Source of the DNA: Lepidodermella squamata
Taxonomy: Eukaryota; Animalia; Gastrotricha
Direction of reading: 5' to 3'
Assembly: GCA_047495785.1 (NCBI GenBank)
Contig: JBLDXI010000032.1
Location: 2,852,001 to 2,916,000 of the forward strand
DNA: 64,000 nt
The translations under genes and the position numbers were made by a program. Positions 36,042 to 50,697 of this stretch are shown here, piece by piece. The notes beneath the pieces are model-generated. The model saw nothing but the letters and a program-made list of their open reading frames with translations, did not search any database and was not told the origin of the DNA. Within the stretch, counting starts at the first letter, position 1; the number at the start of each line of letters is the position of its first letter.

Positions 36042-36779
36042 ATAAACCTCAGAATTATTAATTTCTCGACATGTTTATCATTTATCAGGTGGACGATTTG
36101 GACTGAAGATCGAAATGATATAATAAAAAGCGTCGTCCATCAGTATCAGTACCAGTATCAAATAGCATGACTTACGATTGCTTGAGTAGACGCGGCTGAA
36201 ATTCGAGAGAAACAATGTTCGAGCGAAGCGAGCTCAAAATATTACGTTTTTGCTGGGAATAGCTTAAAATTGCTCCACAATTTTTTACCGAAAACATTGG
36301 GCTGAGCTTTGTCACGTCTCTGCCATTATTTGCGTTCGGCATACGACCATTCTAAGGAAATCGGGGTCGCGTTTGCTCGCTGGTACTCCGTCAAATTTCC
36401 ATTCAAGCGCGAAACTATCGCTGCAGCTTTTCGCGGGTTACAACTGTTTTCAACAAAATTCATTATTTCTGCTTTACCTAAAACGATATTTCTCCGATAT
36501 TTTGGAGAATAGTCCAAACATCGATCTGTGCTGCCATGGAACCCCTAATTCCTGTATCATTCCCGGTCAGCCCGAGACCAGGATATACCGAATATATCTT
36601 GCGTTTGAAAGAGAGTCACCCAGTTTTATTATTAGGTAATTAAAATATTGAATATTTAACCAATAAAGGCTGCTATATGATAAGATTTTATCTTGAGAAG
36701 CCATTTCAGCGTCGCTGGGGATAATTATGACGTTGGTAAAGATGAGTTAAGAAGAATGTCAATATGCGCCTTTTCTTGC

Positions 36780-39700
36780 TTAGATGAGTTCATTGCCAGG
36801 CATTTTGAAGCACACCATCAAGTTTGCCGAATTGCAGTCTGTATAGGCCGTATAGGGGGCATTAGGCAGACTCAGGATACCTACAAAACATGGTAACAAA
36901 CATAAGTATCTAAATATAAAGAGCATTCCAGTTTTAGGGAATAGTCATCCTCAATGAGCAAAATGCATATTGCATCGATTTTTGGCAGTTATTGATGACA
37001 ATAATTATTCATTAACTTTTTAGTGGTTCCACAATGAATGAATTTGCTATTTCTCTATTCCCTATACTGAAATACTTGAATTTCTCCTATGATTGAGGCT
37101 AAAAAACGATACAGAAATAGTGTTTCTGTATTCCTGTACAATACAGAAACACTTTTATTACGATGGACTTTTTATTATCGCATTTTCCTATATAAATGGC
37201 GTACAAGATCACTTTTTCCCGCACTTTCTAGCTACGTTTCTCCGAGTTTTTAGCAGATACAGAGGAGAAAAGCAATCTTGGATGGGCCTTGGATGGGTCA
37301 TCTTCGGTTCCTGCGGAACCTCGATTCATACAGTCATTCGTACAAGAAAAGTGTTTCTGTATTCTGACCCATCCAAGATTGCTTAATTCCTCCCTATTCT
37401 CCCTCCTCTACCCCCCCCTCTTCCTCCGTGCTTCGCACACTGATCAGCGGTTTCAACAAGCGGTAACTCAAACTTGCGGTTTTGAAAATGTACTCACACT
37501 GATTCGGGTCTGTTGTGTGCTTCGGCCCAGCTTCGCCCGTTACCCAGTTGTTAATTAAATTAGGGTCGGCTCGGACTTTAGCGTTAAGAAAAATGTTGCC
37601 GGCAGTTGGGAACTGTGTGGCGAGGGTCAACATGGATGCGGAATCGGCAGCGATCGGCAGCATCTTGGAGGCACCTTTGCAAAGCGTGTCCGCCTGTGTC
37701 CACGACTGGGCCGAGCCACTGCTCTGCAACGTCACCACGCCCTTAAAAAATTAACGATGATTTATTTTTTTCGTAATATTCATGTAGCAGCATAGCTTAC
37801 CGAACTCGGATCGGCGCAGTAGATGTTTGTTAGAGTGAATGACGTACAATGAACGTCATCGTAGCCGTAAGATGATGCCGATTCAATGCGCAAAGTCACA
37901 CCTGACGTCCAGACAAAAAACGAATAAGCATTATATAAATTAATTGCGGTGAATTTCTGTGTTTAAACCGATTAGAAAAGTCTTTTTAAAACGGAAGCGT
38001 ATCCGTAGCCAACAACAACAAGAACTAATAGCTGAGAATTTTTAAGTAATGAGGCCTGCTGTTCTAACGCAACTAAATTAAGTATCGCCAAAATTACCAC
38101 ACTCAACCACTAAACGGCTGAAAGTTTGAAAGCTAGCTAAAAACATGAATACCTTTGACAGTTGATCTGAAAATTACAGTGAATCTTCAGCTTAGAGAAT
38201 CCAAACTTGGCAAACATTTACTATTGTGTTTACTGAAAACGTAAAAAGTGACATCAACTTACACTCGCCGGCCGCGTTTGGTTCGCCGGAGAACCAGCTC
38301 ACCGGCTGCAGTCCCCAGTCGAGAACCTGGCCGTCATCGAATGTGAACGACCGGACCCACGTGAACCAGTAAGGCTGACCGGCAGCTAGCGCATTCGCTC
38401 TCACTTCCGCCAGGTCTGTATATCCGTTTTGAAGTGTTACAGGCAGCGCTCCTTCGGCTCGGCACGCCCGAACACCCTCAACATACTTCTTTGGCCCGCC
38501 GGAAGCGATGAACACCCGCGCTAAATGGTTGGCAATTGCAATGCTCTCGTAATGATCAAAGGCTCAAGTAGTCACAAGTACCGGTTTCACACGCCGCTCC
38601 CATGAAGATGAGATTGCACGTGCAGACGTTGGTGTCAAAACACAATCCATCATTTTGGCATGGTGGGTTGCAAGTAGCTGAAATGATTCAAGGATGCATC
38701 TTAATACTATGTGGTCACGATTCTTATATTGAATGTGATTTCTATCACAGGTTTTTTTGCATGAAAATGCCCGCCTTTTAAAATAAAATGAAAAAATACC
38801 ATGATTCAGAACTTATCAATCTGAGTCAAACTCCGTCAAACTCCGTGGCGAAAAATGGTCATCATAGATCGAAAAATGAGTACGCACTCACCTGAAGGAC
38901 GTTCACACAGAGCTTTCAACGAAGTCGTACAGGTTACAGCGTAGAGCGAGCCATCTGCGGCTATTGCACCGCCTGTAACGTAGATTGCACTCGTAGCACA
39001 GTGCAAGCATGAAAAATGTTTTCCACTCACATGATTTCGAGTCGCTGAAAGTTTTCGCCCCGCTGGGGCCATCTGGCAGAGCCTCGTTACTGCCGTACGG
39101 CTGTTTGTTGAGCCACGCGTAGTATGGCGGGGTTCGGTCGCGTTTGAACCCAGCCCAAACCGCGATGTTAGCCACGTATTTGAATTGCAGCAGATAAATG
39201 ACTCTCGTATACTCCGGGCCTTTCTTAATACTCAGCATTGTCATGCCCTTCGCCTCGCAAAACGCCTTCGCCTGATCAAAGTTGTTGTCCTGCACAAACA
39301 GCTTCATTTTGCGCTGTAAAACAGGTCGAGGCATCATCATAGTTGTTCGTTGCCTCTAGGCTAAAAAATATGTCAATTTCGGCCAAATTGAATAATAAAT
39401 TCCGCCCCTCTCCTTCCCACCCAAATTGCATCACTTGAGTTTTATAGTCTTAAACAATGTACATTAAAGTCCGTTCGCCTAACTATAAATATGGTTTCAA
39501 CTAACCGTGGCCGCGTCCTGGCAGACGATGTGGCTGATAACGTCAGTGCACGGGCGAAATCGCCACACGGTCACGGTGCCCAGGCTGGACGAGCCGGCTA
39601 AATAAGGACCTAATAGGACGAACAACTCATTTCACATCCACTTGGCATGCAGCAAGGCCTACTTACAATCGCCTGAACCTTCTGCTACGTTCGCCCCCGT

Positions 39701-41122
39701 CACAGGAAGCGCCGGCAGTCCGCTCATTATCGAGTTATCGGAGACAAGGCGAAACTTGGCCGTCAACCCGATGTAGAGGGGTGTGCCAGCAGCGGCCGTC
39801 TTCGCAGCCGCTAACTCGTCGGCCGTAGTCGGCTGCGCCAGCCGCCCGCCAACCGCTATACAGTTTGAAGCCGATGTCGGGTAATCAGCCGCAGCTGCCG
39901 ACGATACGAAAAACTTAGCTGCAATACATCCCAATACATGGTTTCGAATCGCTACTTAATCAGGCATGCGCAAACCTGTTTGGCACAAATCACCGGAGTA
40001 ACCGCCCGGACAAGTGCATTTCGTCGACGATGATGAGCTGCAAGTGCCACCATTTACGCACGCCAGGGTGCAAGTCTCTGCAAAACAACGAAAAATTCGT
40101 CTAACTGGAAAAAATCGTCAAATTTAGCCATAATTTTGCGTCTAAATCAGTCTATAATAAGCTTTCTTTTTTAAGAAAGCCAAAATTCACCATGGGGGTA
40201 CGTCTCAAATTCTATTGTGTAAAAATGGAAATCCAGCTAATTGGCTAGATGAGCTAAAAAGCCCTCTATCGTCAGTCTAAATATCCTAGTTTAGTCTATA
40301 TGCGCACCACTACATGTTTTTAATAGACTTAGATTACGCAAAGATGAAATCATGGAAACTAACTGCAATCTACACCGCTCCAAGCGCCAGCGCAGGTACA
40401 CGCTGAATTCGGACCTATGCACCAGCCGCCGTTGCTACACATATTCGGCGAGCAGGCAGCTGAAATGGCAGAGCTTCTATCTTTGAATAGAAGTACTGGA
40501 ATTATTACTAACACTGGTTGCAGTTCGCCCCAGTCCAGCCTGCCAGGCAGCTGCAATTGTTAGGGCCGACGCAAACGCCTCCGTTCCAGCACCACGACCC
40601 ATGACAGTGAACTACTCAGAAAAATCGATCCTACCATAAGCACTTGATTTTCTCGTGCCAACTTACATTCTTCGCAGTTCAATCCCCGCCAGCCACTCGG
40701 ACACTTGCAAAGGTTCGGGCCTTCGCAAGAGGCTCCGTTCTTACAGTTCGGACATGAATCTAGGCGAAAAATGAAGATATTGAGTTTTGACGCTCGATTC
40801 TCGATTCACCAGACGTCAGTACTAACATGCATCGCACAGCGTGCCTGTATAGCCCGATGCGCATCGACAAACAGCGGCCGTAGAGTCGTAAGTCCCCCCG
40901 TTGCTGCATGCCTGTTGCGATGAAGGCTCATCATTAAGGGGGAGGCTATGGAGGATGAAGAAACTTACGAGGGCGACTCTCTGCTGCGATGGGTTGCAGC
41001 AGAGACTACAGCTGATACAAGACAAGCCTTTGATGGCGCGATAGATTTATAATCACACATTACAATCAAGCAAATAGGCCAAGATTTCAGAACTTGCCTA
41101 ATAGAAGAGTCAGCAGGATCAT
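36780..41122 (-). CDS. Secreted multi-EGF / multi-C-type-lectin protein (signal, 5 EGF, 2 CTLD, EGF, 2 CTLD)
   Basis: EGF exons (CxNGGxC..CxC..GxxC). CTLD exons (CIAVGGRLAQP..LYIGL; FDQAKAFC..VWAGF; WFSGEPN; WTQADTLC). Last exon CILSLPNAPYTAYTDCNSANLMVCFKMPGNELI*. First exon inferred through a GC-AG intron. Confidence 0.8.
37271..37383. mobile_element. Very small MITE-like element in an intron
   Basis: 16-bp inverted termini AGCAATCTTGGATGGG ... CCCATCCAAGATTGCT. Confidence 0.55.
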
Positions 41123-41811
41123 TTTTAATAGTTGAAATTTTAATATTCGTAAAGCCCTAAATAGCGTGAGATATTACAGATTTTAAACAGGAGGTAATCG
41201 GGTGAATGATCTGTAACGGCCATTCCATCGGTCATTGGTCAGCTTTGCCGCCATTCAGAAGTCTGATGGTACACTAACATAAATGTAAAATCTTTTATTG
41301 TGTCCTTTCTATCAGCAACTCCAGTTTAAATAAAACAAGAGGATTAGATGAGCGCCGAGCTGAAGGTTGGACCTCTATGCCCTATTTTTCCCGTCGAAAT
41401 TGAAGGACAGGTCATTTGAGATAAATTAGGTTGAAATAGAAGCCCAAAATCACTTGTCAGATGCGCTGATTTGGCCGTACTTCTTATAGAGCTCTTGACA
41501 AGTGAAAAACTGGTCACGCGACCAAGAAAGCAAAAACTCTTGATGAATCATTTCGGCACACATAAAAGTACTACAGATCTATCTTTTTTATTTATCTATG
41601 CCCCATTTCTACACTTTGCACACTTTTTCTGGCTGTATTTTTTGTAGGAAAAATAGGGCTGTATTTTCTGTATTTGTTATTCGAAATGGAAAATAGAAAA
41701 TAGAAATATATCCGAAGAAAATACAGGAGAAATACAGTATTTCTGTAGCGAATTTTCGAATGCAATAAACTGTAGCTATAGCTGTATTTTTTGTTGCGAA
41801 TAAAAAAAACC

Positions 41812-42760
41812 CCTCAGAGGAGAGAGAAGGAGTAGAAAGACAGGGTGGTTATCAACAGCAGGGAAGGCAGGAAGAAGTAGCGGTTGGTAAATGGGAGGAG
41901 GAGGCGACAGAGAGAGAGAGAGAGACAGAGGAAAATGGAAGAAGCAAAGAGAAGAAGAGAAAGTGAGGGAGGGCTAACCGAGAAAGGTCGGAAGAGGACC
42001 AAAAGGAAACCGGCGGCGATTCAGCATTACGAAGGGTGAACGGGGTGGGGGTGGGGCTGAGGCGACAAGCGGACGCTCTCGAGGACAAGGCGCAGAGGCA
42101 CTGAGCAGCATTTGCAGCATCTGTTGGCACTGCGCAAAGAAGGCCGCCACACCTGGAACACGGCAGCGGCTTTCCAGGTCGGAGACGCTAACGCGATCGT
42201 CGCGGCGGACACTGAGGATTGCTCAAGGGCAAATCATTCTGCAAGACAGAGAGCCGCCGCAGCTGCTGCTTCGCCGCGGTGGAGAGGCAAATGTTGCCGA
42301 ACGACCAATATCAAGTGAGGTACAACGTCCGCCGTCAACTACGAGAAAGACCAGAGGCGTGTAGGGCACGCCGGAAAAAACCCATGTTACCGTGGCAGCG
42401 AGAGACGACTTGATCGATATGAACCTTCCAGATGGGGTCGAAATATACGCCGAGGGCGCATATCGAGGAAACTTGCGGAACCATTGAGACGGAGATCCAG
42501 CGGCCCCTGGCCGAAATGCATGGCCTCGCTCTTTGCGGGGTTGAAGTGCTGGAGCCACTTAGACGCCCAGGACGAGATACGGTTTAGTTCAAGCTGCGTA
42601 CAGCGTTGCGCCGCTCTGAATGACCGCCCTTCGCCCACGACGGTAAGATCGTCGGCGTAAGCTTGGAGCAGGGCACCATTGACAATAGGCGACAATAGGA
42701 GAAGGTCGGCAGAAAGCGAGGTCAGCAGCGAACCCTACGGGACACCGCGATTCACCCTGC
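41812..42760 (-). mobile_element. Degenerate non-LTR retrotransposon fragment (RT domain plus pyrimidine-rich 3' region)
   Basis: VNRGVP*GS (GVPQGS with a stop) and QAYADDL..LELNRISSWASKWLQHFNPAKSEAMHF. GC-rich relative to flanks. Confidence 0.8.
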
Positions 42761-43617
42761 ATGGGAAAACGAAACCTCGATTCTAACTTTAATTCCTCTC
42801 CGACCTGTGACCTGTTATAAGATTTTTGAAACCAAACTTGACTTTTCTCGCACTGCTGTCAAAGACTCAGTCTGTTAGGCCTAGAAAAACAAGTAGAATT
42901 ATCAGTTTGAAAAGCTAAAATAACTTTAGGCAAATTTACTTATGTGGGCTGCTTGCATTATTTAAAAAGGCGAAATTAGGTTCGTCATGGAAGAAGCTAT
43001 TATCTTATGAACCCTAACAATCTGGTCGTCCTAATGCCGCCACGTGACAGCAGCTGAAAGACGCGCAAGTTTTTTTTCGCGAATCCGAAAATAAAAATTA
43101 TGACCGTATTTCAGAGAGACGCGCGTGTGTGTACACGATAACTCAGCTGCCAGCTTTTCTATCGTGACCGATATTTCGCGGACCCACGAATTTTGTAGTC
43201 TAACATTTCAACCCTTTAGCTACCAGACGTGGTAGAGGTGTTTAACTAGCTGCTTTAACCAACTGTTTATCCTGGGTGTATTTCATCTGCTCTCAGAAAA
43301 AGGATTATTAATTATTTTCGAGTGACAAGCGATTTTAAAAATGTTTGTATTTACCCAGAAATATAAACAGATGCTATCTTTTTTATTTACCGCGGGGCCG
43401 TAACCCCGGTTTTAGGAGGCGCGTCTGATGGTGGGCACTTCCTCCTAGACAGTTGCTTCCCGTTGCTGGTTTTTCACCACAGCTCTCCCGTGTGCTACCG
43501 TTAGCCATTATTAATTCAAAGGGGCCCTCGGGGAGGGATCGTATTCGGGGTGTGCAACCTTTCCGGGTACTGGTCGTTAAAAAAACGAAATATACGGTTA
43601 TTTATTTTGCGAGCAGA

Positions 43618-44254
43618 CCGTCGTGAAACGCTGTTCCCATAACAACGGCGTGTGTTGGCGTCCAACAACAGTGTCCAAAAGGCCTTATACAGCTGGTTCT
43701 GCCTCTTAATCTACCTTCGGAAACTGTAAACTCGGGGTAAGATTATAGGCTCATTTGAGACAATTCAATTGTTCACCTCTTGCTGTTATTTCCAGGACAC
43801 TTTTAGATATTGCTGTCAAAAGGATTCCTAGAAAACCCGTTTTGTTGACGCCCGACAGCGATGCGACTCTCAAATTGAGAATGATGCACTTATTCTCCGT
43901 CAATTTGGCGCAGTGCCTCGACCTTGGGGCCTCGACGCCGGCTATGCTGTATGTTACGACAAATCGGATGGAATGTCAAAGGGCTGCTACAAGGCGTCGA
44001 CTTGTGTCGGCAATTTGCAGCTAGATGTCACTCGGCTCTACGGCAGCCAAGACGCGTGCGAGAACCGGCTGTTGAACTTGCAATCTGCCTCGTCTGAGGA
44101 TCCTATCACGCAGCAGGTCGATAAACTGCTCGAGGAGCATAATGACAAGCTGACCGGGCTGAATGGTGCTCAGATGGAATTTGTCAGGTACGTTGCCACG
44201 CGCTACGTCAAGGCACGGCAGCCTCAAGTCATCGAAACCGCACCCTATCCGTAG
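43618..44254 (+). pseudogene. 3'-terminal fragment of the astacin-kringle family
   Basis: Last three exons with deletions, stops and a small duplication (gcctcgac). Ends ARQPQVIETAPYP* like A1/A2. Confidence 0.85.
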
Positions 44255-44614
44255 AATATACTTGAACAATTATTCATCTGGAATTATTCATTATTCATAA
44301 ATCGCACTTTAATGTCGAAAAAAGCGCTAATGTGAATCACAGAATTAAATTTATTTCACCTCTCTTGTCTCAGAATTATGGCGATTAATTTATTGATAAC
44401 AGTAAAGTTCGGAATAATAATAATTCAATCGGCATGATACTATTATCTCAACTTGGGCTATGGGGTAATTGATCGAAGCCTCTTACGTTAACGTCCATTA
44501 TTTATTATAAAATTCTTTCAATACTAAAGGAACTCTAGAGTGCGAATTGTAAATAGAACGTTTGATTTTCTGGGATTTATCAAAGGCTCTTTATTAAGTC
44601 TTTATTAATTTTAC

Positions 44615-45144
44615 AGAGTGGCTATTCGTACATATATATGTACGCCATTTTGGCTATTCGTACATATATATGTACGCCATTTTGGCTATTCGTACATATA
44701 TATGTACGTAATTTTGGCTATTCGTACATATATTTTTAGAAATAAATTGAACTGATGCCATGTGTACAATTTGTGAGATAACGCGTTGAATTTTTTACTA
44801 CAGATCGGAAATTGGGTGAATTTAGAACCCTGAAAATTTCAGCTCCGTGGGCACATCTCTAAGGAAACTAGAGGGGAGAGGGGTAGATGATAAATCGGTT
44901 TTAGGCCCATCCCGAAAGGTAGGTTGGTCCCAGCATGTCAAATTTGTTGGCACAACTTCAGCACAATTAGGCACATCTTCCCCTAAATTCTCAAGTCTCT
45001 ATGAGCTACCGTTAAAATTCAGCATCAAATTCAATATCATCAAAAAATCAGCTGAAAATATGTACGAATAGCCATTTTCGCGTACATGTATATGTACGAA
45101 TAGCCAAAATGGCGTACATATGTATGTACGAATAGCCGCACTCT
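44615..45144. mobile_element. Foldback element built from 32-bp palindromic tandem units
   Basis: ggctattcgtacatatatatgtacgccatttt x~3.5 at the left end and inverted x~2.5 at the right end. Termini agagtg / cactct. Confidence 0.75.
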
Positions 45145-46588
45145 TAATTTTAACTGAAATTTATAATAAAAAAAGTTTACTTTTTATCTTTATCGCTTTG
45201 GTGGGGCACGAGCCCAAATTCATCACGGATGCGTTCGGGCCGGCTTGCAAGCGGCTGGATAACGGTGATTGAGCGGGCGCATTTGAGGCGCATTTTTACA
45301 ACCTTTTTAAGCGGGAAAATTATATATATTTTCTCTCACTGAATTTTGGCCAATGCAACACGTATCTCAATTATCACTTCAGAGCACAGTAACCATCAAA
45401 AAATTGAATGCGACAACGAATCGTCCGCTTGAAAACACATTCAATTTATGATGAAAGGCAAGCGGCCGGTTTGAGGTTCAAGCGACAATGTGGCCGGAAG
45501 ATCGATTCCAGTTACATTTAGGTTTATTTAAGATGGTATGATTTCCAGAACCTTGGTGGGGTAAAGGATGTTTTGAATCATCGAGGCTTAGATTTTAAGG
45601 GCAACAATCGGTAATCGAATCGAATTGAAACAAATAAAATCAGCAGCCTTAGCGAAGGAACGGCATGAGAATATTAATTTCTATCTGGTTTGACTCCTAT
45701 ATACTATCATAGAGAAAAAATGACAAGCAATGCTGTATACCTTGGTGTAACGAAATACGAGTCAAAATACGCCAAATTGTTCATGATTTTTTTCAAATTC
45801 CAATTGTTTTTAGCGATGCTATCTGATCTTTTTTAAGGCGGTAAATCAGATATTCCTCCTCGCCTCGCAGAGGGCTTTCGAATGACACCAAATTCGAGGT
45901 GAATGGGATTTACCTTGAAGTGTCAAAAATTAGGGCACTTCACGCCACGATGAATTAACAATTAACAGGAAATCAAGGTAAATAGATATAAAAATGTGGA
46001 AAATTGCTACGGCGGTAGCCCCTTAGCCGGGCCACGGGTTTGCCACTTGGCACTTTCCACCATTTCATTCCCACAGAAGCCGAGAATTGGACTGTTTCGT
46101 GTCCGAAATTAGAGCAGTTCACTCTTTTATTTTTGTCTGAAAATAAAAATGGATTCGATACGTAATTTTAGCGCGAGCTATCACACGTTCACACAGTCGC
46201 ACACGCTGCGTTCCGCAAAAAAAGCGATAACATGTTTTTTACGTTTTATGTCCGCATACAATGTTTTCGAGTAAATCGCCATTCGAGATTTTTTATTTAT
46301 TTTATTTCTCATTTTAATTTAGCATTGAAGAACCAATTGTTACCGTAAAGAGGTAAATGTTGCCCACACTTCTTTCACCTGTTTTTGCTTTGGGGAAATT
46401 CTGAAAAATGTCAGAAAAATCGCCGGTCACCCAAGGTACTAGGCTATCAATTTTTTCCCCGACTTCGATTCAATTGTCGAAAGGTGATTTTTGGTTTCAG
46501 AAGCTCCAGAAACCCAAAATCATCCATAGGAGATGCCTTTACCGTGAAATCAATTTTTCTTTTTATAGGCCTAGACACCTGCATTAAA

Positions 46589-49500
46589 ATGAGTTCACTA
46601 TTCGGGATGGTTGTTCTGGTTATCACACCCCATATCATATCGGGCTGCTACCCCTCTCATGCCGGCCCGAATCGCCTATGGTTTGTTCCAAATCCCAACA
46701 ATCCAGATGGATTTGCAATTTTTGACAAAATTAAATTCGGGTTCGCCGAAAGTAATATTGTTCGATCTAATGTAACTTAATCAATAATAATTTACATATT
46801 CTTTGAAGATATTGCCGCTGCGGAGAAGCAGTTGATCAAAGACGGCATGTCCATCTGGTCTTCAGCGTTCTGCGTCGAGTTTGACGAGAAGGAAGTTGTA
46901 CCCAGTGACTCCAACGGGGTTATTTTCAACAAAACGAATAGCGGGTTAGTTCCAGTTTTTTGATCATTCCATGGATGATTCATTGGCTAATTAAGCGAAT
47001 GTATCACGGATTACGGCATGGTTGGTACAACGCCGCAGCAAGTCTTGCTATCTCCTGCTTGCTTGAGTGTAAATTGAATAAAATATTATAAATATCTTAA
47101 TTAATTATGTCCTTCTATTTAGAGCGCTGGTGACGTCGCCCATGAATTGGGACACCTTCTTGGTTACGTAGGTTTTTATATCAAAAATTATTCAAGATCG
47201 GCTAATGTTTTCTGTTTGAAGGCCGATGAACATCGAAAGCTTAATCGCGATGACGGTGTAAAAATCGATTTGAGCAAAGCCCAATCGTATGACGATCCTT
47301 AATTTGTTGTCATAATTAGTGAACATTCTGTTTTACAGGTCATCCTATAACTTATTTGAAAAGTCTGCGGTTATGTTGAACAACGATCAAAAAGCGATTT
47401 CATACGACTACGCGTCGATAATGCAGCAAATGGCGACTTACAAAAGTGTTGATGGCAAGTCCCTGACGATCATACCACTCGATTTGATTCACCTGACTGA
47501 AATGGGTCAGCGAAGAAGCGTTACTTTCGATGAAGGATTGCTGTTTACTGGGATGTACTGGTGTGGTGGTAATTTTTTACTAGTTTCAATCCTTACGTTT
47601 CGATACGTCGCTTTTCAGCAAAGCAAATAAACCAGTCTTTGGGTTGTCACGACAAGGGCTATGTATCCATAACGAAGTGCGTCTGCGAACCTGGTTATGA
47701 CGCGCAGGCGAATTGCGCCAGCCTTATTCCGAATGCTCCCGACATTTGCGGGCCGAGTCAACAGGAAATCCGTGTCGCCGGCTGCTCAACCGGCTACATC
47801 GATTTGCCGTCAGGGAACCCGCCGAAAGGTTCAACGTGTGCTTGGAAAATAACAACCGTAAGATTCGAATAAAAAGAGCTACAACTTGCATTATTATTTT
47901 TTTTACTTTGAAGACTGGCTCGGGGCTTGCGTTTGGGTTCGAAGCTAAACCACTGAAAAGTAGCAGAAATTGTTCAAATACCGGTGAGTCGGTTCTTCGA
48001 CAAGTTAATATTGCCAGATGAGTAGTATTTTTTATTTATAGGCGCATTGTGCGATGATTATGTCGAAATTTACGATTCGAAAAAAGTTCAATATCGCCGG
48101 TAAATTTATCTTTCAGTAACGGCGGGCAATTTTGGACAAGATATTCTTCATATATGGTCAAAATTAGTCAAAATTATTTGAGCCATTGTCGTTTTTTATA
48201 TACTCGAAGTTGTCCAAAGTTGTGCGCCGTTCTGCGGAATTACATGAATTTTTCGCCCTAAAATTATTTGCATTTTTTCTCTCAGTTTTTGCACGTGTGG
48301 TATCAGTGCTGGCAGAATTTACACGACGACCTCGGACACCGTGATTGTAACTTTCCACAAGAACACGGACGAAAGTTTCTCGCCGTCTCGACTGAGTTTC
48401 TACGCCTCCTGCAATGGCGTTCCGGCCACTCGGTTAACTCGCGAATGCCGCGTCACCGAGAGTGGTTACGACTACGAAGGGCGGCTAATTGGGCATGCTG
48501 CGAATGGGCGCAAATGCAGGCGCTGGAATTCAGCGCAGATGACATCGTCCTGGTACGATTTCCCGCGTGGTGTGGTGCCGAATTACGGCGTTTGCCGGAA
48601 TCCGACGTCGGAGCCCAAGGCGTACTGCTACGGCGATGGTGGAAACACGCCACAATTTTGTAAAATCAAGAAGTGCGGTAAGGAAAAAATGCTGAAATCC
48701 ATTCAATAATCTATAACCAACTTACCAAAATCAATTAAAAATAATAACCGACTTAATATTATACAGTCTGTACCATAAATGTTGGTTAAAGTTTTCTCCT
48801 TGCCATTTCACCAATCGTGGAATTTTTCCTCGAACCGTCGATCGCTGGAAAAAGGACTCTCGCTTGATTTTTTTTAGTCATAGATCATCTTTGTGCCATG
48901 AGCGGAAGGGAAGTATACCATATCAGCAAATATCTCATTTTTTAAGATCGCGAATGGCAAACTTTCAGAACTCATATTTGACCGTTAACAAAAGTCGCGC
49001 AATAAAATTTGATAGCCTTGCACAGTCGAGATATTTTTGGGGTAATCTGAGGTGAGGAATCTTGCTAGATATTCAAAAATTTTGATGGAATCAAGCTAGT
49101 GCTTCCCCGTCAACTTGAATCGATAGGCCTTGCGGCGACACTTTGGTGGTCTCCCGTCTTTTGAGGTGGATGGTAGCCTCCTTGGGTTCTGCATTTTGAA
49201 AATTCAAAATCCTCAAGATAAACTGAGTAGGGACATCTAGGAATCCATGAATCATCCCTCTTAAAACTTTCATTTGCTGGAAAATACAGAAAATACGTCA
49301 AACCCGACTTTTCACTTGTCAGTGGCGGTTCTATCTCTCCAATCGCGAACCGTTCCGAATGTTAATTTATTTTAGAAATCTTTCATAAAAAGGCTATTAA
49401 TTTTCGGTTGCCAAATTTTCAAACCTTGTTCATTTAGAACCCTACGTGCGGTGCGTCACAAGTGATGGGAAGAAATTTGCCGGCTGTCGACCATTGTCAA

Positions 49501-50697
49501 GCGGCTGCGGGGCTATGGAATCACGAGTTTGTTTTTTGGGGGAATTATGAGCAAATAGCGATGAAACTGATTTGAAATGCCCGCCTTTTAGCTTGTTCCT
49601 TTCGATTCGACTAAGTCTCCGTCCGAACTCATCTACATTGATCACATGGCATGCAGATATGGAGTAGGTCATATTTTCAATTAATTTCCGTTTCGATTAT
49701 GCCGTAATCATTTTCAGAGAGCTAGATGCTGCTTTTCGCTGGCGGATAAAACGTATCATGTTAGCTCTGGAGCTGCGAAATGTGGAAGCAATCAATACAA
49801 AGTAACACTAATTTATAGGTCAGGTATTTATGACCTGACTCGGCTGTTTTTTAGCTTGCTATTTTCGATAAACTCTACCCGGTGAAATTCCGTGAGAATT
49901 ACGACGAAGCTGTTGAAAAATGCAGCGAAAACGTATGCCTAGCAGCTTTAAGAAAGGTCATCCATTTTTAAATAATTTTGTGAGCAGACAAGCGTGAAAC
50001 GCTGTTCCGATAACAATGGCGCTATCGTCACGTGTGTTGGCGTCCAACAACAGTGTCCCAATGGGCTCACGCCTTTCGGCACTTATTCGTCCTTCGCAAA
50101 CTGTAAACTCGGGGTATGATAAAAAGCTCCTTCGAAGCTATTCAATTGCTCACCCTTTGCTGTTGTTTTCACAGGACACTTTCAGGTATTGCTCTAAAAA
50201 GAATTCCTCGAAAGCCCGTTGCGTTGACGCCCGACAGCAATGCGACTCTCAAACTGAGGATGATGTAAGATTTTTTGCCTGAAATCAGCCATTTTTTCAA
50301 TGACTTTTTATTCCAGTCGTATTCTGTTTTCGATCAATCGACCGATTTCTCCGTCAATCTGGCGCAGTGCCTCGACGCCGGTTTCGCAATGTGCTACGAC
50401 AAATCGGATGGAATGTCGAAGGGCTGTTACAAGGCGTCGACTTGTGTTGGCAATTTGCAGCTCGATGTCACTCGGCTGTTTTCAACCAAAGACGCCTGTG
50501 AATACCACGTCACTAACAACTTGCAATCTGCCTTTTCGCCCGATCTCATCTCGCAAAAGGTCGACGAGCTGTTGAAGCTGCACGAGGACAAGCTGGCTGG
50601 GAGGAGCGAGGCCGATTTGCAGTTGGCTAGGTACATAGCCACGCGTTACGTAACGGCTCAACAGCCTGAAGAACACCAAGAAGTTCCTTATCCATGA
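46589..50697 (+). CDS. Astacin-like EGF-CUB-kringle protein, copy A3
   Basis: MSSLFGMVVLVITPHIISGC signal; HELGHLLGY|ADEHRKLNRD (47141); YDYASIMQQ. Same exon structure as A1. Confidence 0.83.
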
